Of a stretch of DNA of 64,000 nucleotides, positions 21,306 through 32,500 are shown one piece after another. The notes under the pieces are model-generated. The model was not told where the DNA came from. It saw only the letters and a program-made list of their open reading frames with translations, and made no database searches. The stretch's first letter is position 1, and each line of letters begins with the position of its first letter. This DNA is from Bradymonadia bacterium (GTDB lineage: Bacteria > Myxococcota_A > Bradymonadia > UBA7976 > UBA1532): NCBI GenBank assembly GCA_046290225.1, contig JBKAGE010000078.1:96001-160000 (forward strand), read 5' to 3'. The position numbers were made by a program, and so were the translations under genes.

Positions 21306-23557
21306 GCGATCTCCTGAGCCTGGACCGCGGTGATGGCGGTCACGTTGACGATGTTTCTCACGGGGCAGTCACGCTCCAGCACGTTCACCGGCCGGGCCAT
21401 GCCCATCAAAATCGGGCCCACGAGGTCGACGTCGGCGAGACGCCCCATGAGCTTGTAAGCGATGTTGCCACTGTTGAGCTCGGGGAACACCAGCACGTTG
21501 GCCTCGCCCCCGAGGGTGTTGAAGGGGAACAGCCGCTGCAGCTGCTCGGGATCGAGGGCTGCGCTCGCCTGGATCTCGCCGTCGATGGGCAGATCGGGCT
21601 GCTGGGCCTTCACGATCTCAACCGCCCGAGCGGCGCGGGTGGCAGAAGGATGCTGGGTCTGACCGAAGTTGCTGAAGCTCAGCATGGCCACCCGCGGGTC
21701 GACATCCATCGACCGGGCCAACGCCGCAGAGGCGATGGCGATCTCTGCCAGGGTCTCCGCGTCGGGATCGATGTTCACCGTGGTGTCGGCGAACAGCTTG
21801 AGCCCCTCGGGCAAGATGAGCAGGTAGGCCCCGCAGACCTTCCGGGTGCCCTCGGCGGTGCCGATGATCTGCAATGCCGGGCGGATCACCTCGGGGTAGG
21901 CAGACCGGATGCCACCCACCATGCCGCCGGCCTCGCCGAGATGCACCATCATGGCGCCGTAGTAGGCGGGGTTGCCCATGGCGAGGCGGGCGTCGGCACG
22001 GCTCATCCCCTTGCGCTGGCGCAGCTGCCACAGGGCCTCGGCGTACCGGTCGCGCTCTTCTGAGCGCACGGGGTTGATGAGGGTCATGCCCTCGAGGGGC
22101 ACGTCGACTTCTTGAGCGACCTGCCGAATCTTGTCGACGTTGCCGAGCAGAATCGGCTTCGCCACGCCTTCTTCCATGGCGATGTGGGCCGCCCGGATGA
22201 TGCGCGGATGATCCCCCTCGGGGTACACCACCGAAATCGGCGCCCGGGCGGCCTTTCGGGTGATGGTGCGCATGACCTCGCGCTCACGGCCGAGGATCTT
22301 CACCAGGCGCTCGTGGTAGGCGTCCCAGTCGGTGATGGGGGTACGGGCGACGCCGCTCTCCACGGCGGCTCTGGCCACCGCTGGGGCCACCCTGAGCAGG
22401 GCCCGATAGTCGAAGGGCTTGGGGATGATGTAGTCGGGCCCGAAGGTGATGGGGGCGTCACCATAGGCTCTGCGCACCTCGTCGGGGACGTCTTCCTGAG
22501 CGAGCTCCGCCAGGGCGTCGACGGCGGCGAGCTTCATGGCGTCGCTCACCCCAGTGGCCCGCACGTCGAGGGCGCCACGGAAGATGAACGGGAAGCCGAG
22601 CACGTTGTTCACTTGGTTGGGGAAGTCGCTGCGCCCCGTGGCCACGATGGCGTTGGGCCGCGCCGCCCGAGCGTCGTCGTAGGTGATCTCGGGATCAGGG
22701 TTGGCGAGGGCGAAGATGATGGGCTGATCCGCCATGTTCTTCACCATCTCCTGGGTCACCGCGCCACCGACGCTCACCCCGACGAAGACGTCGGCCCCCA
22801 CGAGGGCCTCTTCGAGGGTGCGGTGCTCGGTGTCCACGGCAAAGCGAGCCTTGTAGGGATTCATCCCTGCCTCGCGACCGGTGTAGATGACCCCCCGAGA
22901 GTCGCACATGATCAGGTTCTCCCGCTTCACCCCGGCGAGCAGGAACATCTTGGCGCAGGCGATGGCGGCGGCCCCTGCCCCGCTGTACACACAGCGTACA
23001 TCTTCTGCCTTCTTACCGGTGAGCTTCAGGGCGTTCCTGAAGGCGGCGGTGGCGATGATGGCGGTGCCGTGCTGATCGTCGTGGAACACGGGGATGCTGA
23101 GGCGCTCGGTGAGGGTCTCTTCAATATAGAAGCAGTCCGGGGCCTTGATGTCCTCGAGGTTGATGCCGCCAAAGGTGGGCTCGAGGGCGGTCACCGCGGC
23201 GATCATCGTGTCGGGATCAGGGGCGTTGAGCTCGATGTCGAAGCAGTCGATGTCGGCGAACCGCTTGAAGAGCACGGCCTTGCCCTCCATGACAGGCTTG
23301 CCGGCTTCGGGGCCGATGTTGCCGAGGCCGAGCACGGCGGTGCCGTTGGAGACCACCCCCACGAGGTTGCCTCGGGCGGTGTAGTCGAAGACCGAGTTGG
23401 GATCTTCTTTGATGGCGATGCAAGGCTCGGCGACGCCGGGGCTGTATGCCAGCGAGAGATCGCGCTGGGTCTCGAGGGGTTTGGTGGCGCGGATGGCCAG
23501 CTTTCCTGGGCGACCCTGGCGGTGATACTCGAGGGCGTCGGTCTTGCGGCGTGTCAC
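21302..23557 (-). CDS. maeB: NADP-dependent malic enzyme with C-terminal phosphotransacetylase-like domain
   Basis: [38 protein letters not shown] domain IDGEIQ, GNIAYKL. Confidence 0.95.
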   Translation of the reverse strand: MTRRKTDALEYHRQGRPGKLAIRATKPLETQRDLSLAYSPGVAEPCIAIKEDPNSVFDYTARGNLVGVVSNGTAVLGLGNIGPEAGKPVMEGKAVLFKRFADIDCFDIELNAPDPDTMIAAVTALEPTFGGINLEDIKAPDCFYIEETLTERLSIPVFHDDQHGTAIIATAAFRNALKLTGKKAEDVRCVYSGAGAAAIACAKMFLLAGVKRENLIMCDSRGVIYTGREAGMNPYKARFAVDTEHRTLEEALVGADVFVGVSVGGAVTQEMVKNMADQPIIFALANPDPEITYDDARAARPNAIVATGRSDFPNQVNNVLGFPFIFRGALDVRATGVSDAMKLAAVDALAELAQEDVPDEVRRAYGDAPITFGPDYIIPKPFDYRALLRVAPAVARAAVESGVARTPITDWDAYHERLVKILGREREVMRTITRKAARAPISVVYPEGDHPRIIRAAHIAMEEGVAKPILLGNVDKIRQVAQEVDVPLEGMTLINPVRSEERDRYAEALWQLRQRKGMSRADARLAMGNPAYYGAMMVHLGEAGGMVGGIRSAYPEVIRPALQIIGTAEGTRKVCGAYLLILPEGLKLFADTTVNIDPDAETLAEIAIASAALARSMDVDPRVAMLSFSNFGQTQHPSATRAARAVEIVKAQQPDLPIDGEIQASAALDPEQLQRLFPFNTLGGEANVLVFPELNSGNIAYKLMGRLADVDLVGPILMGMARPVNVLERDCPVRNIVNVTAITAVQAQEIA

Positions 23558-23653
23558 GGCGGCTCCTGCTCTGACTTCGGTGCACGAGCTTTATCACAGA
23601 GCCCACCACAGGGCGATGCCTGCAGTTGCATCCGTCACTTCGCTGTGACACAG

Positions 23654-23665
23654 GTGAACGCTCAC
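23654..23665. promoter_or_regulatory. Near-palindrome GTGAACGCTCAC, candidate LacI-family operator
   Basis: One mismatch from the symmetric lac-type core GTGAGCGCTCAC; about 28 nt upstream of the symporter ATG. Confidence 0.35.
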
Positions 23666-23692
23666 ACGTGAAATCAATCAGAAGAGGCGCAC

Positions 23693-25255
23693 ATGGGCTC
23701 CATCGAGACCGTGGACTACATCGTCATCGGGGTGTACTTCGCCGTGGTCTTCACCATCGGCTTGACCATCGCCCGCAAGACCCACTCCGGCGAAGATCTG
23801 TTCCTCGCGGGTCGTACCCTGGGCTTTGCAGCCATCGGCTTCAGCCTCTTCGCCTCGAACATCTCGAGCACCTCACTCATCGGGCTCTCCGGCGCCGCCT
23901 ACAAATCGGGCATCGCGGTCTCGGCGTACGAGTGGATGGCGGCGGTGGTGCTCATCTTCATGGCGGCGATCTTCATCCCGCTCTATTTGAAGGCCCGCAT
24001 CACCACAGTGCCCGAGTTCCTCGAGAAGCGCTTCGATCGACGATCGCGGGTGTACTTCTCGTTGATCACCATCTTCCTGAGCATCGTCGTCGACACCGCC
24101 GGCGGTCTCTATGCTGGGGCCCTGGTGCTCAAGGTGTTCTTCCCGGATCTCGTGGTGTGGCAGACCTGTGTGGTCCTGGCACTCATCGCGGGTCTCTACA
24201 CCGCCGCGGGAGGCCTCGCCGCAGTGGTCTACACCGATGTGATCCAGGCCGTGGTGCTGCTCATGGGCACCGCACTGCTCACCTACTATGTGCTCGACGC
24301 CTACGACTTTTCCTGGGCTGCGGCCACGGCGGCGACGCCTGATGCCCACATGCATTTGATACGGGGGAACGACGATCCCGACATGCCCTGGCTGGGCCTC
24401 ATCACCGGGGTACCAATTTTGGGGTTCTGGTATTGGACCACCAACCAGTACATCACCCAGCGCGTGCTCGGAGCTCGCTCCGTGGCTCACGCCCGGTGGG
24501 GTGCCATCCTCGGTGGCCTACTCAAGCTGGTGCCTTTGTTCACGATGATCCTGCCTGGGGCCCTGGCCATCGGGCTCTACCCCGATTTGCAGGATCCGGA
24601 TCTGGTGTTCCCCACCCTGGTGACCGAGTTGCTGCCCGCGGGTGTAGTGGGCTTGGTCCTCGCCGGTCTCATCGCCGCCATCATGTCCAGCGTAGACTCG
24701 ACGCTGAACTCGGCCTCAGCGCTGGTGGTGTGCGACTTCATCGGCGCAAAGCAGAGCTTGACCCCGAAGGCTGTGGCCAAGGCGGGTCGATTGACGACGC
24801 TGATCCTCATGGTGGTGGCGGCGGCCTGGGCGCCGATGATCGAGGAGTTCGGCGGGCTCTTCGACTACATCCAGAAGTCCTACGCGATCCTGGTGCCGCC
24901 CATCGCCACGATCTTCTTGCTCGGCGCCTTCTGGCGGCGCGGTACCGGCACCGCGGCGCTCACAACACTGGTCGTGGGCCACGGCGTGGGTCTGGTGTTC
25001 ATGGTGCTCTCGGAGCAAAAGATCTGGAACGCCCACTTCACCATCACCTGCGCCCTGATGACCGCGGTGAGCATTGTGGTCTTCGTGATGGTCAGTCTTC
25101 AGACGGCACCAACGCCAAAGGCACAGTTGGCCGACTCGCTCTGGCAACCTGAGATGGCCCGCCCGACAAAGGGCGCTACGGGCTGGCGGGACTACCGTGT
25201 GTTGTCTGCATTGCTGGCGGCGCTCACGCTATGGATGGTGGCGAGCTTCTGGTGA
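23693..25255 (+). CDS. Sodium:solute symporter (SGLT-like, probably sugar)
   Basis: FLAGR, SLFASNIS, AYEW, PEFLEKRF, WYWTTNQYITQR, AAIMSS.DS. Confidence 0.92.
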   Translation: MGSIETVDYIVIGVYFAVVFTIGLTIARKTHSGEDLFLAGRTLGFAAIGFSLFASNISSTSLIGLSGAAYKSGIAVSAYEWMAAVVLIFMAAIFIPLYLKARITTVPEFLEKRFDRRSRVYFSLITIFLSIVVDTAGGLYAGALVLKVFFPDLVVWQTCVVLALIAGLYTAAGGLAAVVYTDVIQAVVLLMGTALLTYYVLDAYDFSWAAATAATPDAHMHLIRGNDDPDMPWLGLITGVPILGFWYWTTNQYITQRVLGARSVAHARWGAILGGLLKLVPLFTMILPGALAIGLYPDLQDPDLVFPTLVTELLPAGVVGLVLAGLIAAIMSSVDSTLNSASALVVCDFIGAKQSLTPKAVAKAGRLTTLILMVVAAAWAPMIEEFGGLFDYIQKSYAILVPPIATIFLLGAFWRRGTGTAALTTLVVGHGVGLVFMVLSEQKIWNAHFTITCALMTAVSIVVFVMVSLQTAPTPKAQLADSLWQPEMARPTKGATGWRDYRVLSALLAALTLWMVASFW

Positions 25256-25388
25256 GGGTACTCAGAGCTTCATGGTGTGCCCTCCACCCCTGTCATCGAT
25301 GCACTCGATGAGTCGCTCAAACTGTGGGTGTCGCATCTTCCCGGCTCAAGCACTGATTTACATCAGCCCGTGCACCACAGAGGCGTGG

Positions 25389-25880
25389 GGCTGAGCCTGT
25401 GTAGGCAGTCGTCGCTTCGCTCCGCCTGCGTAGGCAGCTTTGTCGGCCGGCCTTCGGCCCGCCTTGGAGCTGCGTACACGTCGGCACACTCGCTGGCGCG
25501 AGCAGGCCTCCGGGTAGGCAGGGTCGCTCAATGCTTCGCATTGTTTGCTCGCTCCCCTGCGTAAAGAGCCAGTTTTGGTGTGGCTTTGCACTGATTCCGG
25601 CGCTGCTGGGGCTTTCGCCCAGCGCCGGGGCTCAGAGGCTTGCACGTTCGCGGTAGGTCGAATCCCGGCGGGGTTCAGCAACGAGATACAGAAGAAGCTC
25701 TTTACGCAGGGGAGCGAGCAAACAAGGCGAAGCCTTGAGCGACCCTGCCTACCCGGAAGGGTGTCCGCGCAAGCGGATGCCCGAACGTGTACGCGCCAGA
25801 CGAGGCGGTCCGAAGGACTGCCGAAGGCCCGGCGCCTACGCAGGCAGAGCGCAGCGATGACTGCCTACAAGGGCTCAGCC
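25389..25880. repeat. Large imperfect inverted repeat (arms ~25389-25569 and ~25697-25880) built from hairpins; REP/REPIN/MITE-like
   Basis: The arms are diverged reverse complements. The inner ~60 nt are nearly identical (ccgggtaggcagggtcgctcaa...cccctgcgtaaagagc). Repeated GTAGGC motifs. Confidence 0.85.
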
Positions 25881-25998
25881 TGACACTGCGTCCTCCAGCA
25901 ATGACAGCTCATTTTTAATGCGCCCCCGTTCCCTAGAACTGTGTCTTCAGCATAGAATCCGCGGCCACACACCACACCACACGAGCTGGAGTCAGCAC

Positions 25999-28584
25999 AT
26001 GCGCCCCACCTCCCCTTTGACGCTGCGCTCAGCGGCCTTGGGCCTCGCCGCCCTGTGCCTCATCGCCTGTGACGACGCCGAGATCGGCGACGCAGCCCCA
26101 GGAAACGGCGGCAGCGGTGGCATGATCACAGGCGGCTCTGGGGGTACACCGCTCGGCGGCTCGGCAGGGGCCCCCATGGGTGGAGAGTCAGAAGGTGGTT
26201 CAGGCGGTGCCGCCGTTGGCGGCGCTGGTGGCGAGGTCGGTGGTGCCGGCGGCGAGCCTGTAGGCGGCATGGGCGGAACACCCGTTGGCGGCGAAGGCGG
26301 CGCTGGTGGCGAGGTCGGGGGTGCCGGCGGTGGCCCTGTCGGTGGTGAGATGGGTGGCGCAGGTGGAGGCGAGCCCTTCGACTGGGCCAACATCACCTTC
26401 CCTCAGCGGAGCTGCACCACGACGCTGAGGTACGAAGGCCAGGCGAACCAGGTCGTCGTCGCCGGCAGTTTCACCAACTGGGCCGATGCGCCCCTGCCCC
26501 TCCAACGTGATGGCGGTGGCTTCAGCATTGAACTCGGCGAGGCTCAAGGGCTTACGCGAGGTGAGCTGCACCCCTACAAGTTCATCGTCGATGGCAACTG
26601 GATCCTCGATCCTCAGGAGCGTCACCGGAAATACGACGGTGACTGTGTGAACTCCGCAGTGATGTTACCCGATTGCAGCGACGGCCCCGAGATCATGGCC
26701 GCCCCCATCGACATGACTTGGCGCAACGGCACCGGCGATGTGGTGGCCACGTTGTCCCCCATGGTGGCCGAGGACGGCGCTGGCCTCACCGAGGTCGTAC
26801 TGACCCTCGACGACCAGCCCATCGGCAGTGACAACGTCGAGGTGGATGCAGAGAGCGGTGAGGTGACCATTCGTCTGGTCGGTGTGCCTGCTGGCCGACA
26901 CACCCTCTCGGTTCGGGCCACTGATGCTCAGGGGCGAGATGCAACCCCACTCGACCTGGCCTTCTGGGTCGAGGAGACGCCCTTCGACTGGCGCGACTCC
27001 ACGATGTACATGGTGGTCGTCGACCGATTCGCCAACGGCAACAGCGACATCGACGAGCCCATCGGTGATCCCGTGGGCTATCCCGCCGACTGGCATGGTG
27101 GCGACCTCTGGGGCCTCGAGCGGGTCATCGAGGCCGGCTACTTCGACGACCTCGGGGTGGACACCATCTGGCTCAGCCCCATCAACACCCAGACCGACGA
27201 TCACTTCGTGGGCCGGGATGACGCCCAGCGATACGCCGCCTATCACGGCTACTGGCCCATCGAGGGCCGCGGTGTGGAGCCCCGGTTCGGCGGCGACGCC
27301 GCTCTGCATGCCGTCGTCGAGGCTGCCCACGCCCGGGGCATTCGGGTGCTGCTCGATCTCATCAACAACCAGATCCATGAAGAGCACGAGTACTTCGAAT
27401 CGAACCCCGAGTGGTTCCGCACGGGGTGTGTCTGCGGCATCGATCCTGGCTGTGGCTGGAGCGAGCGCCCCCTCGACTGCCTGTTCGCCCCCTACCTGCC
27501 CGACATCAACTGGCGCAACGCCGGCGCCGAGCAGCAGTTCATCGACGACGCCATCTACTGGATCGAGGAGTTCGACGTCGATGGCTTCCGGGTAGACGCC
27601 GTCAAGCATGTGGAGACCAACAGCATCTACAACCTGCGAGCGGCCCTGGCGAAGCGATTCGAGCAGGGCGGCACCCCGGTGGTGATGTTCGGGGAGACCG
27701 CCGTCGGTGAAGGCGACGACTTCAACGACGGCTGCGGGGTGTACTACGCCAACGGGTACGAGTGGGTGGACGCGTACACCGGCCCCAACGCCCTCAATGG
27801 TCAGTTCGACTTCCCCACCCACCACCGCATCCAGTCGGGGCTGCTCAACGGCAGCCTCGCCTTTGGCGATCTCGACACGTCGCTGCGTCTCATGGAAGAG
27901 CGCTACCGTCCCGAGGGCATTCACGTGCGCTTCCTCGGCAGCCACGACAAGACCCGCATGGCCAGTCAGGCCGTCGGTGATCCTGCGGTGGACTGTCGCT
28001 GGGCCGACAACGGCGGCTGCCGCACGATGCCCCAGGCGGTGAACGACGCCGGCGCCTTCCAGCGGCTGCGTCATGCCTTCACCATCTTGATGACCATCCC
28101 TGGCATTCCCCTCATCTACTACGGCGACGAGGTGGCCATGGCCGGCGGCAACGATCCCGACAACCGTCGCGACATGCAGTGGTCCGGCGCCCTCACCGAC
28201 GTGGCCATGCCTGCAGGCGAAGGCCCCGCTCCCTCAGCTCAGCAGCTGGCCCTCACCGACTGGATCGGCGCCCTGGGTCAAGCCCGGCGCCAGAGCGACG
28301 CCCTCACCCGTGGGGCCCGTATCCCGCTCATGGTGAGCTCGGATCTGTATGTCTTCGCCCGCGTCGGCGATGCCCCCGGTGAGTCGGCTGTGGTGGTGGT
28401 GAACCGAGGGCCTCAGCGCAACAACATGGGCATGAGCCTGCTCGGCGCCACTCAAAGGGCGGTGAACGGCGTGGCTCGCTTCGAGGCCGTCGTCGGCGAA
28501 GGTGAGCTCACGGTGGATGGCAACAATCTCAGCCTCTCCCTGCCCGCCGGTGGTGCCGCAGTGTTCCTGGGGCGCGCTCGGTGA
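25999..28584 (+). CDS. Lipoprotein alpha-amylase family (GH13) enzyme with Gly-rich tether and CBM48-like glycogen-binding domain
   Basis: Lipobox LIAC; VAGSFTNW...YKFIVDGNW; DRFANG, YHGYW, GFRVDAVKH, GE, HD, YYGDE. Confidence 0.9.
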   Translation: MRPTSPLTLRSAALGLAALCLIACDDAEIGDAAPGNGGSGGMITGGSGGTPLGGSAGAPMGGESEGGSGGAAVGGAGGEVGGAGGEPVGGMGGTPVGGEGGAGGEVGGAGGGPVGGEMGGAGGGEPFDWANITFPQRSCTTTLRYEGQANQVVVAGSFTNWADAPLPLQRDGGGFSIELGEAQGLTRGELHPYKFIVDGNWILDPQERHRKYDGDCVNSAVMLPDCSDGPEIMAAPIDMTWRNGTGDVVATLSPMVAEDGAGLTEVVLTLDDQPIGSDNVEVDAESGEVTIRLVGVPAGRHTLSVRATDAQGRDATPLDLAFWVEETPFDWRDSTMYMVVVDRFANGNSDIDEPIGDPVGYPADWHGGDLWGLERVIEAGYFDDLGVDTIWLSPINTQTDDHFVGRDDAQRYAAYHGYWPIEGRGVEPRFGGDAALHAVVEAAHARGIRVLLDLINNQIHEEHEYFESNPEWFRTGCVCGIDPGCGWSERPLDCLFAPYLPDINWRNAGAEQQFIDDAIYWIEEFDVDGFRVDAVKHVETNSIYNLRAALAKRFEQGGTPVVMFGETAVGEGDDFNDGCGVYYANGYEWVDAYTGPNALNGQFDFPTHHRIQSGLLNGSLAFGDLDTSLRLMEERYRPEGIHVRFLGSHDKTRMASQAVGDPAVDCRWADNGGCRTMPQAVNDAGAFQRLRHAFTILMTIPGIPLIYYGDEVAMAGGNDPDNRRDMQWSGALTDVAMPAGEGPAPSAQQLALTDWIGALGQARRQSDALTRGARIPLMVSSDLYVFARVGDAPGESAVVVVNRGPQRNNMGMSLLGATQRAVNGVARFEAVVGEGELTVDGNNLSLSLPAGGAAVFLGRAR

Positions 28585-29405
28585 GTGAGACGACTTCCGG
28601 GGGCCTGCTCGCGGGCCGCCGCGGCCTGATCTTCGGTGTGGCCAACGCCCGCTCTCTCGCATGGGCCATCGCCGAGCGCGCACACGCCGAAGGCGCCACG
28701 CTGGCGCTCAACTATGGCTCGGAACGTCTCGCCCGACGTGTTCAGCCCCTCGCCGAGTCCATCGGCGCCGCCCACGTGGGCCTGTGCGACGTCACTGATG
28801 ATGCCCAGCTCGAGACATGGTTCGCAGAGGCCATCGCGGCCCTGGGTGGCTCTGTGGATTTTCTGGTGCACAGTGTGGCCTTCGCACCGAGCGCGGATCT
28901 CAAGGGCGACTTCGTCGATGTCAGCCGTACGGGCTTTGCTCACGCACTCTCCGTGAGCGCCTACAGTTTGCTCGAGATCACGCGGCGGGCGCTGCCTCAC
29001 ATGACACCCGGGGCCTCGGTGCTCACCCTGAGCTATCTCGGTGCCGAGCGGGCCATGCCGGGTTACAACCTCATGGGCGTCGCCAAGGCCGCCCTCGAAT
29101 CCACTGTGCGATACCTCGCCGCCGAGCTGGGTCCGCAGGGCATTCGAGTGAACGCACTGCGACCAGGGCCCGTCCGTACCCTCGCCGCCTCTGGTGTACC
29201 TGGCTTCAAAGCCAAAGCGGCCTACGCCTCCCGGACCGCCCCCCTCCGGCGCGCTGTGGGTGCTGAAGAAGTCGCCGGCACCGCCATGTCGCTGCTCTCT
29301 GATCTCGGCAGCGCCATCACGGGCGAAATCATCCACGTTGACGCGGGTTTTCACGCCGTGGGCGCTCCGCCGCTCTCCGCCTTGGGTGTGCTGCCAGAAT
29401 CCTGA
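28581..29405 (+). CDS. fabI: Enoyl-ACP reductase (NADH)
   Basis: GVANARSLAW, HSVAFAP, YNLMGVAKAALE, GPVRTLAASG. GTGA overlap with the amylase stop. Confidence 0.9.
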   Translation: MSETTSGGLLAGRRGLIFGVANARSLAWAIAERAHAEGATLALNYGSERLARRVQPLAESIGAAHVGLCDVTDDAQLETWFAEAIAALGGSVDFLVHSVAFAPSADLKGDFVDVSRTGFAHALSVSAYSLLEITRRALPHMTPGASVLTLSYLGAERAMPGYNLMGVAKAALESTVRYLAAELGPQGIRVNALRPGPVRTLAASGVPGFKAKAAYASRTAPLRRAVGAEEVAGTAMSLLSDLGSAITGEIIHVDAGFHAVGAPPLSALGVLPES

Positions 29406-29568
29406 GTGTTTACCGTGCCGTGGCCTGAGGCCCTCGCCTTGCGGCAGACCCGCGCGAGCCGTATCCTGCCTTGTGGGGGTGCTCACTTGATCGCCGGCTG
29501 CGCTGCCGGCCAGCTCGGGTGAGAACCTCCGCACAGGATCCCTGTCCCAACATCCTGACGAGGCACAG

Positions 29569-32500
29569 ATGAAACATCTCGGTGGGCACGTCATTTTGAC
29601 TCTGGCCCTCATCCTCCAAGGCTGCTTCTTCGGCGGCGGCGTCGACGCCACCGACGCCACCCTCACGGACGCCGGCATGGGTGGTGCCGGCGCTGGTGCC
29701 GTGGGCGGCATGGGCGGCGGCCTCATGGACGACGCCGGTGCCGACTTCGACATGGGCGTCGATGACGCAGGCCCTGACGATCTCGACGAGGGCGTGGGGG
29801 ATGCCGAGCTCGACATGGGCGATGAGGGAGATGTGCTTCTCCCCGATGACATGTTCATTCCCCCAGACGCCATGCCCCCCGCCGACGGCTGCGAGATGGA
29901 CATCACCCTCGACGCCCTGGCCTTCGAAACCTTCGACTTCGGCGGCGGCAATCGGTGGATCGAAGAAGCGGGTACACTCCTCGTTCAGGAGCGTACCCAG
30001 GACGTGGTGCCCACCGTAGCCCTGAGACCTTGGACCGAGACCTGCACTGAGTTCCGAGCTGAGGTGACATTCGAACTCATCGACGGCGGCGCCTTTCCCG
30101 TGCTCGCCGGCCGCTTCGATGATCAAAACCGGTGGTTTGGCGTGGGCTTCAATGCCCTCGAAGGTCGCCTGAGAGTCTTTGGTGGCATCAACCTGCAGCC
30201 CACTCAGACCACGGGTCAGAGCGCGCCGATCCGCCTCACCGCAGGTGCCCGATATCGACTCATGCTCGAAGTGGTGGATCAGTCCATCTTCGGGGCGCTC
30301 TTCCTCGAAGATGGCGAACGCCCTCTGGTCACCGCCGAGGGGCCGGGGCCCCGCTACCTCTCCCCGGGGCGTCTGGCCCTCAACGAGGTCAACGGCCAGC
30401 GAGTTCGGTACCTGAGCCTGAAGTCCACCCCCATCACCCGTCCGCTCATCGGGCGCCCCACCATCGAGAACGTGAAGGTGCTGGAGCCTCGCCGTGTGCG
30501 GGTGTTCACCAGCCCTGCCCCCACGGTGCCCTACCGCCTCGATGATGAGGCCAGCGGCCTCGTGATTCTGCAGGATGGGGTGCCGATCCCCATCACAGGG
30601 CTCGAATCTGTCGAGGGCAGCGCCTCGTCGTTCTCGGCGTTCCTCGGTCAAGCGGTGGAAGGCGCAGGCAACATCACCGCAGGCTACATTCCCGGTGAGG
30701 GGCAGGTACTCAACGCCGTCGAGGACGAGATCCAGCCCCTCGAGGACTTCGCCACCGAGAACATGCTCTATGTCGATCCGCCGGACCTGCCCGACTGGAC
30801 CGACGAGTTCGAAGAAGGCTTGCTTGATCCCAGCTGGCTCGTGGAGCAGCCCAACGCCAGTGCCGTGGAGGATGGCGCGCTCACCTTCCGGCCTCTCGCG
30901 GCGCAGCTGACAGGGGCGCTGGCGTACCGCCCCATCGAGGAGCTGCGCCAGAACGTCACCATCTCCACGGACTTCTTCTACAACGACGAGCCCGATCGAC
31001 AGGGCGGCCGCGTCGAGGCCTTGCTGGCCCTGCGCATCCGAGAAATCGAGCGCGTGCGTCTGCAGGCCGTCTTCATCGCCGGCAACTTCGAGAACATTCT
31101 CGGCTTCAGGCGTCGCTCAGGCGGGTTCCAGGACACCAACATCGGCGAGTTCCGGTTCCCGCGAGATCTCGCCCCCCCACTCACCCCCATGCGGCTCGAG
31201 TTCAGCGCGTACAACGCATTGCTGTGGGCCCGGCTCTACCGGCTCGACGGCGAGGTGCCCATGCTCATCGCTGAGCACAGCGTCATCGATGACGATCCTC
31301 AGGGTCCGGGCGCCTTCGGCCTTGGGGCGAACTTCGACGGCTCCGTGCACTTCGAGCACTTCCAGGTGGGCTCCGCCGTCGCGCCCCCACCGCGGATCAC
31401 CGCCGCCAAGATCCCTGGCTCCAACCCCAGCACGATCCAGCTCGACGTGCTCACCACCAGCCCACTCCAGGGGCTCAGCCCGGAGGGCTTCTCCGTGCTC
31501 GCCGGCGAGCCCAGACAGGTGGAGTCGGTGACGCTGCGGGAAGGTGGGATCGCCCTCACTCTCGTGGGCGATCGGCTGCAGAGCGGGCAGTCTGTCTTCG
31601 TCAGCTACGACAACGCTGCCGGCACCATCACCGACAGTACCCGACCCGATCCGTTGTCCATGGAGAGCTTCGACCAGCTCGAGGTGGTGAACGAAGCCGC
31701 CCCCGGTGATGATCTCGTACTCGCAGAGGCCATCACCATAGACGAGCGCACCCTCGATCTGGTGGTGGCCGACAACGGCGCCTTGCCACCACAAGTGGGG
31801 CGAGCCCGGGGGTTGCTGGTGCTGATCAACGACGAGCCCACCCTGATCAGGGCCATTCGACCACTGGAGGACAAACCCACCCGGCTGCGCGTCTCCCTCA
31901 ATGATCGGCTGACCCCGGACGACATCATCACCCTGCAGTACAGCCAGGGTGAAGATGGCCCCATTCGGGACCAGCGCGACATCGAGCTGCGCGCCATCGA
32001 CGCCGCCCCTGTGATGAACACCCTCGCCGCACCGGTGGACTTTCCCTTCGTCGTCGACACCTTCGAGCGGGATGACAGCAACCACCTCGGCGAGCCCTGG
32101 GACGAAGGCACGCCGGGCTTGTGGGCCCTACGAGACGGTGAGGTCATCTTCACCGCCCCTGGCCTCGAGAACCAGCAGGTGGACCGGCGGCTCATCTGGC
32201 CAGGCGAATACGACGACTTCCAGATGTCGGCGACGGTGCGCGCCATCGAAGACGATGTGTTGTCCAACAACTATCAAATCGCCCTCTTCGGCAATCTGCA
32301 GGTCCCCGACCAGAACAACCCCAACCTGCTCTGGGACGTGCGCGTCACCTACAACATGCGCACTGGGCGTCTGTCGCTGGCCTACGAGAACAACCGAACC
32401 ACCGTCAATTCTCCGCCAGAGTCGCCCTACATCATCCCCATTGGCCAGCCCTTCACTCTGGATCTGACCGTGAGCGGGCCGGTGATCACCGGACGTCTGA

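Noticed and set aside
25645..25682. GGTCGAATCCCGGCGGGGTTCA resembling a tRNA T-arm and 3' end
   Set aside because: Not a canonical GTTCGA loop; no T-stem pairing, D-arm or anticodon arm.
25277..25883. Short ORFs over the inverted repeat that share 'ERPCLPG'
   Set aside because: The similarity simply reflects the DNA repeat; no RBS or codon bias.
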